The notes under the pieces were generated by a model. It had not been told where the DNA came from. It ran no database searches and worked only from the letters and a program-made list of their open reading frames with translations. From a virus: DNA of 6,177 nt. The stretch spans positions 1 through 6,177 of the IMG/VR virus record IMGVR_UViG_3300029815_000172. The stretch is one strand, 5' to 3'. The translations under genes and the position numbers were made by a program. This document shows positions 1-5,888 of this stretch, one piece after another (position 1 is the first letter of the stretch; each line of letters starts with the position of its first letter).

Positions 1-99
1 ACACATTAACACACCCAACGGTCGGACCATTGTTCGGAAGCTTTAAACAACAAAACGATTTCTTTTTCTGTCCTATTCGTCTATATAACGCAATGCTGC
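1..99. repeat. Terminal redundancy: exact copy of 6079..6177. Marks the circular permutation point of a 6078-nt genome.
   Basis: Base-by-base identity of window 1..99 with 6079..6177, read directly from the sequence. Confidence 0.95.
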
Positions 100-1859
100 A
101 CAATAACGCATTGAATATAGGGCTAGATATGAAACAAGTAAAATTTCCTTATGTAAGACTAACAACGTCAAACTGGGTCGACGAATATCTAGACGGCAGT
201 GCCAATACTTTGAAAAAAGAAATACACCCATCTTCATTACTCAGCTATTTGGGGTATAAAAGACTCAGAAATAAAGACTCAGACCAAGATAGAGGCTCAA
301 TACAGGTATTACCAATACTGATGTATTACGATATTTTCAAAAACTATTATGCAAACAAGCAAGAAAAGTCATTTTATCAAATAGTTGCCGATGGAAACTT
401 CATATATAGTGCTAATCCAAAGTCTGCAACAAACACCTTCTATTTCGGAGTTTACTCTAAAGTTTCCAACAAATATTCAGAAATTAAAAAAATAGGAGAA
501 AATCCTCCTTCTATCAAGTACCAAAACCCAACTGGTACGGAATATTACATAGGATTTACAGTACAAGCGAATCAACCGATAGATGAAAATTCTATCACGT
601 TGCTAATAAAAGACGCAAATTTCGACAGTAGACGATTATACAGAATTCAAGGGTCACTGCAAAGTCTTATAGAGACGGGCATAATAACAAAAGCTTCAAA
701 CTCAACAGCCTCAAATTCAGCTCTTTATATTCTAAATGAAACACAAACAACGGCAGGACAAGATGGCGCAACGAGCACAGTACACTCCTTTTTCACAATA
801 GGAAAAGTAGAAATGCAATTTTTCGGAAGCAACTATGCCAAGTACGATCTCTCCGAAATCGATGATATGAGAGAAAACATACTCGCAGCCGGCAGAACAC
901 CATGGGAAGCAAATAGTCCATTTATAACAGCAATTACAAAAACTATTGTAGATCCTAATAAAGGTGGAACGAAAAATAACATTCCAGCCACAGCTTTTCC
1001 AATGGTGGGACTCGTACTAAAAACCTATCAAAGCGATATCAATACAAACTGGGTTAATACCGAATGGATCGACGGAGAGACAGGAATCAATGCCATAACG
1101 GCTATCGATACAAGTGGCGGAAGCTTTACACTCGACACTCTTAACCTTGCAAAAAAAGTATATACCATGCTCAACAGAATTGCCGTATCCGACGGATCAT
1201 ACAATGCATGGATTCAAACAGTATATACAAGCGGAGGGTTAAACCATGTAGAAACACCTATATATCTCGGAGGTAGCTCACTTGAAATTGAATTCCAAGA
1301 AGTAATCAACAACAGCGGAACAGAAGATCAACCATTAGGAACATTGGCCGGCCGAGGAGTAGCGACAAATCACAAAGGAGGAAATATTGTGTTTAAGGCA
1401 GATGAACCCGGATACATATTTTGTATTACCTCTATCACTCCAAGGGTTGATTATTTTCAAGGAAACGACTGGGATATATATCTAAACACAATGGACGATA
1501 TCCATAAACCTCAACTCGACGGAATAGGGTTCCAGGACAGACTTTACAGAAACGTAAACGCTAATGTGGACCAAATAGAAAACCTCGAAAAATCAATTGG
1601 AAAACAACCGGCGTGGATAGAATATATGACAAACATCAATAGGACATATGGGAACTTCGCACTTATCGAAAATGAAGGTTGGATGTGTTTGAACCGAATA
1701 TTCGGAGAAATAGATACCTATACAACCTACATACAACCACATCTATATAATAATATCTTCGCAGACACAGACTTAACGGCACAAAATTTCTGGATTCAAA
1801 TAGCATTTAATATTAAGCCTAGAAGAGTAATGTCAGCAAAAGTTATTCCTAACATTTAA
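1..1859 (+). CDS. VP1: Major capsid protein VP1, 3' part (continuation of 5889..6177). Codons are in phase from position 3. Bases 1-2 complete the codon that begins at 6078. Stop TAA at 1857-1859.
   Basis: A 610-codon open frame, by far the largest ORF. It is in frame with the 5889 start through the circular junction. The N-terminal region carries F/VP1 hallmarks (see above). The length fits Alpavirinae-type capsid proteins with large insertion loops. Confidence 0.92.
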   Translation, partial: TLTHPTVGPLFGSFKQQNDFFFCPIRLYNAMLHNNALNIGLDMKQVKFPYVRLTTSNWVDEYLDGSANTLKKEIHPSSLLSYLGYKRLRNKDSDQDRGSIQVLPILMYYDIFKNYYANKQEKSFYQIVADGNFIYSANPKSATNTFYFGVYSKVSNKYSEIKKIGENPPSIKYQNPTGTEYYIGFTVQANQPIDENSITLLIKDANFDSRRLYRIQGSLQSLIETGIITKASNSTASNSALYILNETQTTAGQDGATSTVHSFFTIGKVEMQFFGSNYAKYDLSEIDDMRENILAAGRTPWEANSPFITAITKTIVDPNKGGTKNNIPATAFPMVGLVLKTYQSDINTNWVNTEWIDGETGINAITAIDTSGGSFTLDTLNLAKKVYTMLNRIAVSDGSYNAWIQTVYTSGGLNHVETPIYLGGSSLEIEFQEVINNSGTEDQPLGTLAGRGVATNHKGGNIVFKADEPGYIFCITSITPRVDYFQGNDWDIYLNTMDDIHKPQLDGIGFQDRLYRNVNANVDQIENLEKSIGKQPAWIEYMTNINRTYGNFALIENEGWMCLNRIFGEIDTYTTYIQPHLYNNIFADTDLTAQNFWIQIAFNIKPRRVMSAKVIPNI

Positions 1860-1868
1860 AAAAAAATT

Positions 1869-2207
1869 ATGATCAAACCAACATTTTTCCCAAAGCCAAT
1901 AAAAACAAATTATGAATTTCAAGTCGGTGAAAGTATCGAGACAAAAGTCAAACGAATCACTGAAAACAATGAACCTATCACAGATGGTGCACCAATTATC
2001 TATACCAACAGAGATGATGGTGTACTTCCAGCGTATAATATACGTACAGACCGATGGGAAATTGCACAACAAGCCATGGACGCAGTTAACCAGGCCAACC
2101 TGGCAAGATCCAAAAACTACGGCAAGATTGACAAAGAAGACAAGAAAGCCCTCGATTCTCAGGATATGAGCAATAGCCAATCTGAGCAACAGGAATCGGC
2201 GGGATAA
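1869..2207 (+). CDS. Hypothetical 112-aa protein with an acidic Ser/Gln/Glu-rich C-terminal tail. Its position, immediately after VP1 and before VP2, is analogous to the scaffolding/assembly genes of other microviruses.
   Basis: ATG at 1869, 10 nt after the VP1 stop. Same strand and compact spacing. No motif I recognise. C-terminus ...DKEDKKALDSQDMSNSQSEQQESAG. Confidence 0.55.
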   Translation: MIKPTFFPKPIKTNYEFQVGESIETKVKRITENNEPITDGAPIIYTNRDDGVLPAYNIRTDRWEIAQQAMDAVNQANLARSKNYGKIDKEDKKALDSQDMSNSQSEQQESAG

Positions 2208-2226
2208 ACCGCACATCTAAAAGGCT

Positions 2227-2263
2227 GGGAGTAAGAAAGTTATTTCTTATTCCCTCCATTTTT
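2227..2263 (+). terminator. Candidate rho-independent terminator. A 12-bp stem (gggagtaagaaa / tttcttattccc, one G·U wobble) with a 4-nt loop (gtta), followed by tcca and TTTTT.
   Basis: Stem 2227-2238 pairs with 2243-2254. T-run at 2259-2263. Lies 20 nt downstream of the 112-aa ORF stop, in the only sizeable gap between the capsid module and VP2/Rep. Confidence 0.5.
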
Positions 2264-2310
2264 CATAAAATGGTACGCATGTAGCATATATTATCTAGTA
2301 ATATGTATAA

Positions 2311-2330
2311 CCCTTGTGAAATTACAAGGG
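2311..2330 (+). promoter_or_regulatory. Perfect 7-bp stem (cccttgt / acaaggg) with a 6-nt loop, 25 nt upstream of the VP2 start. No downstream T-run. Candidate regulatory or RNA-stability hairpin in the putative VP2/Rep promoter region.
   Basis: Inverted repeat read directly from the sequence. The surrounding 2264-2310 is AT-rich (tacgcatgtagcatatattatctagtaatatgtataa). Confidence 0.35.
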
Positions 2331-2355
2331 CGAAAAATTAAACAAATAGAACAAT

Positions 2356-3489
2356 ATGGGATTCGGAAAATCATTTATAGCAGGATTAGGTTCCTCAGCA
2401 GCAAGTACAGGAATGGGGTTTGTCGGAAGTGCTTTAAGCCAAGCACTCGGATTAAGTTGGTCACCACAAAAAGCTATGAGAGAACAATGGAAGTACAATA
2501 AAAACATCATGGCTCTACAAAATCAATATCAACAACAAGCAGCCGCACAATCTCAACAATACGCCAAAGAATATTGGGATTACACCAATGCAGAAAATCA
2601 AAAACAACATCTTATCAATGCAGGCTTAAATCCTGCTTTAATGTACGGACAATCCGGAGCCGGAGGTATGGGAGCAAGTGGAGGAGCTCACCAAGCAGCA
2701 CCAGAACAACCGCAAGGAAATCCGGTAGGTATGGCTCTACAAGTACAGCAAATCGAACAGCAAAGAAGAATGAACGACGCTCAAATTGCATTAGCAGAAG
2801 CACAAGCCAGCAAAGCAAAAGAAGAAGCTAAAAAAATCGGAGGTGTGGATACACAGGAAGCCTTAAAACGAATTGAAGAAGCCGCTTCACGAATAGAACT
2901 TAATTTGAAAGAAGGTCATTATAAAGAGGCTTTAACAGAATTGACAAAAGCAGAAAAAGAGGCTACAAATGCACTGACATCTCTTAGAGAAATGCAAGAA
3001 GGCTTATCAAAAGCTCAAATAAGCGAAGCCTTTGCCATAGCAGGATATTATAGCGAAAAAGCTCACACAGAATATTGGAATAAAGAAAATGAAAAAATTC
3101 AAAACCAATATTTGAAAGATACCTACGAAGACAGGGTTGAAGCTGCAGCCTATAACAATGCAGTAGCCATAGCCTTAGCTGCAAAATATAAAAGCGACAA
3201 AGATGTAAATGAAAAACAAATAAAAAACCTTCAAGCAAATATCGAAGAATTACTAGCTCTTGCAGACAAGCATAATTGGGATAAAGAAACATATCGCAAA
3301 CAAGTAGAAGGTATGATTGAACGTTGGGAAGAACAAACCTTTAACGAGAGAATCGGATTAGGTCTGGAATTCGGAGACAAGATCATAGAAATGTTGCTCA
3401 AGGCGCGCGGAAAAAGAGCCAAGACAAAAACTGTATCTGAGAGACAAGGCAAAACTACAACAACAGAAACATATACAGAATCGTATTGA
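2356..3489 (+). CDS. VP2: Minor capsid / DNA pilot protein (VP2, phiX174 H-like), 377 aa.
   Basis: Gly/Ala-rich hydrophobic N-terminus MGFGKSFIAGLGSSAASTGMGFVGSAL; compare phiX174 H MFGAIAGGIASALAGGAMSKLFGG. A Q-rich low-complexity segment, the NAGLNPALMYG motif, a Gly-rich stretch, then a long K/E/A-rich predicted coiled coil. This is the architecture of microvirus pilot proteins. Follows the capsid module on the same strand. Stop TGA 3487-3489, two nt before the Rep ATG. Confidence 0.8.
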   Translation: MGFGKSFIAGLGSSAASTGMGFVGSALSQALGLSWSPQKAMREQWKYNKNIMALQNQYQQQAAAQSQQYAKEYWDYTNAENQKQHLINAGLNPALMYGQSGAGGMGASGGAHQAAPEQPQGNPVGMALQVQQIEQQRRMNDAQIALAEAQASKAKEEAKKIGGVDTQEALKRIEEAASRIELNLKEGHYKEALTELTKAEKEATNALTSLREMQEGLSKAQISEAFAIAGYYSEKAHTEYWNKENEKIQNQYLKDTYEDRVEAAAYNNAVAIALAAKYKSDKDVNEKQIKNLQANIEELLALADKHNWDKETYRKQVEGMIERWEEQTFNERIGLGLEFGDKIIEMLLKARGKRAKTKTVSERQGKTTTTETYTESY

Positions 3490-3490
3490 T

Positions 3491-4624
3491 ATGTGTCTAT
3501 ATCCTACTTTTGTTAAAAATCCAAAGTATAAACCTAACAAGAAAAATAAAGGGAACCCTCCTGTTTGTACAGACAGGAGGCTTCTCTACATACCTACAAA
3601 ATGCGGGTGTTGCATAGAATGCAGAAAGGAAAAACAACGAGAATGGAGAGTAAGATTAGAAGAAGAACTACGTACGAATTTTGGGTATTTCACTACATTG
3701 ACGATAAGCCCAGAAAAAATCAAAGAAATAGAATTAATCACCGGTTTAAAATGGGAAGAAAACCCAAACGAAATTGCAACAAAAGCTATAAGATTATTTC
3801 TAGAACGGGTAAGAAAAGATACAGGAAAGAGTATAAAACACTGGTGTGTTACAGAACTGGGAGAGAAAAAAGACAGAATACATTTACACGGTATATTCTT
3901 CGGCCAAAAAAGCGCAGAACTAATCAGGAAACATTGGAAATACGGGTTTGTGTTCATCGGGGGGTATTGTAACAGCAAAAGCGTCAACTATATGACAAAA
4001 TACATGCTAAAAGTCGATATCAAACACCCAGAATTCAAACAAATCGTACTAGCCAGTTCCGGAATCGGAGCCGGATATATGGATCGATTAGATTATTTAT
4101 GGCAAAAACAAAATTACAAAAACATCAATGTAGCTACCTATACATTCAGAAATGGTACAAAAATGGCTATGCCAAAATATTACAAAAACAAAATATTTAC
4201 CGACAAAGAACGTGAAAAGATGTGGATTAATAATCTCAATAGAGGTCTATTGTGGATATACGGAGAAAAAGTAAAAGCCGACGACTGGAAAACCATAGAC
4301 AATCTTAGAGAATATTGGCAAAGATACGGACGTGAAATAATGGGTGATAATCCTATCGCATGGAATGCCATGAAAGAAAGACGAAAAGAAGAAAAACAAC
4401 GACGAGCTATTGCAGAAGCTAAAAAACAAGCTGAAAAATTCAGCACGGAAATTCTAATAGGATTACCGTTACAGGCCGAATTTCCTATGCAGGAAAAAAA
4501 ACAAGAATGGGATAGTATCATAGAAGAATACATCAAATCCAACAAATGGACATTTGAAAGAGTGAGAAAGAGGTGCACGACCGAAGAGCACTATGACGCC
4601 TTGGGCAGGATTGGGATAGCTTGA
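3491..4624 (+). CDS. VP4: Replication initiation protein (VP4 / phiX174 A-like), an HUH rolling-circle endonuclease, 377 aa.
   Basis: RCR motif I GYFTTLTISP (about 3686-3715). Motif II (HUH) RIHLHGIFF (H-L-H at 3881-3889). Motif III with two catalytic tyrosines, VNYMTKYMLK (Y at 3989-3991 and 4001-4003; compare phiX174 A YVAKYVNK). N-terminal Cys cluster C26-x11-C38-x-C40-C41-x2-C44 (3566-3622), possibly a Zn-binding element. Confidence 0.92.
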   Translation: MCLYPTFVKNPKYKPNKKNKGNPPVCTDRRLLYIPTKCGCCIECRKEKQREWRVRLEEELRTNFGYFTTLTISPEKIKEIELITGLKWEENPNEIATKAIRLFLERVRKDTGKSIKHWCVTELGEKKDRIHLHGIFFGQKSAELIRKHWKYGFVFIGGYCNSKSVNYMTKYMLKVDIKHPEFKQIVLASSGIGAGYMDRLDYLWQKQNYKNINVATYTFRNGTKMAMPKYYKNKIFTDKEREKMWINNLNRGLLWIYGEKVKADDWKTIDNLREYWQRYGREIMGDNPIAWNAMKERRKEEKQRRAIAEAKKQAEKFSTEILIGLPLQAEFPMQEKKQEWDSIIEEYIKSNKWTFERVRKRCTTEEHYDALGRIGIA

Positions 4625-4635
4625 AATACTATCAG
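4625..4635. repeat. 11-bp direct repeat aatactatcag, copy 1, immediately after the Rep stop codon.
   Basis: Exact match to 4764..4774. The two copies bracket the GC-rich island. Confidence 0.8.
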
Positions 4636-4740
4636 ACAATAACCAGACTATATTTTTAATGTTTAAGGCGGAAAGTACTGCGTCCTTTCCTTGGTCGCTT
4701 CGCTCCATCAGTACGCTCTCGACGGCGGAGCCTGTTCGCT

Positions 4741-4759
4741 GTAAGCCTTGCAGGCTTGC
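4741..4759 (+). other. GC-rich hairpin. Stem aagcct / aggctt (6 perfect bp, extendable with G·T wobbles to 8-9 bp), loop tgc.
   Basis: Inverted repeat 4743-4748 / 4752-4757 read from the sequence. Sits at the 3' edge of the GC island, just before DR copy 2. Stable ssDNA hairpins are used as (-)-strand origins or packaging signals in ssDNA phages (established for phiX174/G4, inferred here). Confidence 0.4.
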
Positions 4760-4763
4760 GCGC

Positions 4764-4774
4764 AATACTATCAG
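4764..4774. repeat. 11-bp direct repeat aatactatcag, copy 2.
   Basis: Exact match to 4625..4635. Confidence 0.8.
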
Positions 4775-4804
4775 CGAGTGTTAAAAATGGTATTAGCATA
4801 TGTT

Positions 4805-4838
4805 AAAAGGGGATTTTTATTAGGAAAAAGGGGATTTT
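4805..4838. promoter_or_regulatory. Two exact copies of the 13-mer aaaaggggatttt (4805-4817 and 4826-4838), 21 bp centre to centre. Iteron-like or promoter-proximal regulatory repeats upstream of the small-ORF cassette and VP1.
   Basis: Direct repeat read from the sequence. A4-G4-A-T4 composition (A-tract/T-tract, likely DNA bending). About 40-70 nt upstream of the ATG at 4878. Confidence 0.45.
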
Positions 4839-4877
4839 ATCATTATCTTTACAGTGTAATCAAAAAAAAACAAAGTC

Positions 4878-5186
4878 ATGAAAACATTGTTAGTTTTAAA
4901 AAACACCGAAAGCAGAATTGCTGCAATTCGAGAATTTGAAAGCGAAAAAGAAGCCCTCAATGAGTGGAATCGCTGTTATCACAAACAAGCCTGGGAAATC
5001 GTTTATCTAAAAGAAAGACAGAAATCAGGACACAGATATGAATTAGAATATGCCAAATTTGATGAATGCGGGGAGCTATATTCAGGGTATATTATTTGTT
5101 TTTCCAAAAAAGAAGCCTTATATTTGAAAACTAAAATTTCAGAAATCAATTCAAGTTATTTATTTCGTATTAAAAAACTCTATTAA
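4878..5186 (+). CDS. Hypothetical protein, 102 aa. First gene of a small-ORF cassette.
   Basis: ATG 4878. Same strand as all other genes. Its stop TAA is 1 nt before the next ORF's ATG (translational coupling). No motif I recognise. Confidence 0.55.
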   Translation: MKTLLVLKNTESRIAAIREFESEKEALNEWNRCYHKQAWEIVYLKERQKSGHRYELEYAKFDECGELYSGYIICFSKKEALYLKTKISEINSSYLFRIKKLY

Positions 5187-5187
5187 C

Positions 5188-5406
5188 ATGAAAGAAGAAA
5201 TCAAACAGTTTCTAAAAGAGAATTGGAAAACAACAGCAAGTATTATAGGTGCAGCCATACTGCTAGCGCTATCTTACTTTATAGAAAGCTGTGGTAGTAC
5301 CTGGAAAATATCAGGAAATACCGTAAATGTAAATAATAAATGTAAAAATGATTCAATTACACATCACAATGATTCCAACTATAACGAAATACGGGAAATT
5401 CCGTAA
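5188..5406 (+). CDS. Small single-pass membrane protein, 72 aa. Candidate single-gene lysis protein (amurin/E-like) or other membrane-targeted accessory protein.
   Basis: Translation is MKEEIKQFLKENWKTTASIIGAAILLALSYFIESCGST followed by a polar Asn/Ser-rich tail. An 18-residue hydrophobic segment (TTASIIGAAILLALSYFI) follows a mixed-charge N-terminus, then a hydrophilic C-terminus. This is the overall architecture of phiX174 E-type lysis proteins (N-terminal TMD plus dispensable C-terminus). No endolysin or peptidase gene is evident elsewhere in the genome. Confidence 0.5.
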   Translation: MKEEIKQFLKENWKTTASIIGAAILLALSYFIESCGSTWKISGNTVNVNNKCKNDSITHHNDSNYNEIREIP

Positions 5407-5626
5407 AAAAGAATGGATAAAAACTGCCAAAATACCATTCGAATTATTCAGTGAAGGAAGTTATGCGCTTATGTGGGAAGGGTTCGAATGGGATACGGGC
5501 TGTATAGTAAAAGGTTTTAGAATTGTCATGAACTGCTGCCTCTTTAAAGAAGCAGAACAACTTGAAGACGAACTACGTAAAAGTAGAATTATATTAACAA
5601 GTATTGAAGCAATTAAAAACATGTAA
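5348..5626 (+). CDS. Hypothetical protein, 92 aa from ATG 5348 (85 aa if from ATG 5369). Overlaps the 3' end of the membrane-protein ORF in another frame.
   Basis: An open frame fills the otherwise non-coding stretch between 5406 and 5629. Its stop at 5624-5626 is 2 nt before the next ORF's ATG. The start codon is uncertain. Confidence 0.4.
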   Translation: MIQLHITMIPTITKYGKFRKKEWIKTAKIPFELFSEGSYALMWEGFEWDTGCIVKGFRIVMNCCLFKEAEQLEDELRKSRIILTSIEAIKNM

Positions 5627-5628
5627 TT

Positions 5629-5877
5629 ATGGACTTTCAAGAAGCATTAAAATGGGCAACCGATCAAGATGTTGTCAAAGTAACTTGTATCAAAGAAAAA
5701 GAAGACGACAAATTTATCTTTACCGTAGGACAATACAGTGTGTCTCCTCTTGTATTTGACAGTCAAGAAGAAGCTGAACAATACCTTAAAGAAAATTTCA
5801 GACTCACAAACCTAGACTTATCTATTATCGGCGCCATAAGCCAAAGACTTAATGAAATTAATAACGAAAAATTTTAA
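5629..5877 (+). CDS. Hypothetical acidic protein, 82 aa (net charge about -7).
   Basis: ATG 5629. Stop 5875-5877 is 11 nt before the VP1 ATG. Small acidic phage proteins often act as host-takeover or anti-restriction factors (generic knowledge, not a specific match). Confidence 0.5.
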   Translation: MDFQEALKWATDQDVVKVTCIKEKEDDKFIFTVGQYSVSPLVFDSQEEAEQYLKENFRLTNLDLSIIGAISQRLNEINNEKF

Positions 5878-5888
5878 AACAAAGAAAA

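Larger units (their letters stand above)
4665..4780. other. Non-coding GC-rich island inside the Rep-to-small-ORF intergenic region. About 62% G+C over 4667-4763 by my count, against an AT-rich genome. Contains internal tcgct and ggcgga repeats and short hairpins. Candidate origin, packaging signal, attachment site, or inserted or host-derived segment.
   Basis: Composition read directly. No convincing ORF. The ORFs that cross it (4748..4939 +, 4469..4765 -) are in frames that clash with flanking genes or are antisense to rep. Flanked by the 11-bp direct repeats above. Confidence 0.6.

Noticed and set aside
1912-2169. 85-aa basic ORF overlapping the 112-aa ORF in another frame
   Set aside because: Alternate-frame reading of an A-rich gene. 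No evidence beyond openness. Kept only as a remote possibility for an overprinted DNA-binding protein.
2316-2501. 61-aa + strand ORF starting inside the 2311-2330 hairpin and overlapping the VP2 start
   Set aside because: Out of frame with VP2, and it begins within a structured non-coding element. VP2's own ATG at 2356 gives the conserved Gly-rich N-terminus.
2574-2831. 85-aa basic S/T/R-rich alternate-frame ORF inside VP2, and antisense ORF 2615..2818
   Set aside because: Same explanation: a T-poor, purine-rich stretch encoding the Q/A/G-rich part of VP2 is open in several frames. No independent start or RBS context.
3565-3972. 135-aa extremely basic (K/R-rich) ORF in an alternate + frame inside the Rep gene, superficially like an overprinted J/VP5-type DNA-binding gene
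   Set aside because: The same interval is also open on the minus strand (3586..3987, 133 aa). The region is purine-rich and T-poor, so stop codons, which all need T on one strand or the other, are scarce in every frame. A-rich sequence read out of frame yields Lys/Arg automatically. This is a compositional artefact unless comparative data show constraint.
1833-4765. Minus-strand ORFs of 60-133 aa (1833..2216, 2322..2510, 2984..3292, 3231..3452, 3358..3540, 3586..3987, 4180..4578, 4247..4429, 4469..4765, 5818..6027)
   Set aside because: All lie antisense to well-supported + strand genes. Microviridae encode everything on one strand. The translations are Leu/Phe/Ser-rich, the antisense-of-A-rich signature, with no recognisable motifs.
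4665-4780. Possibility that the GC island is a tRNA or tRNA-like gene
   Set aside because: No acceptor-stem pairing between its ends and no GTTCRANYC T-loop. The gttcgct at 4734-4740 lacks a flanking T-stem. No anticodon-arm geometry is evident.
4748-4939. 63-aa ORF beginning in the GC island and running into the 102-aa gene in a different frame
   Set aside because: It crosses a compositional boundary and clashes with the better-supported 4878 ORF. Random ORFs are expected in GC-rich, stop-poor sequence.
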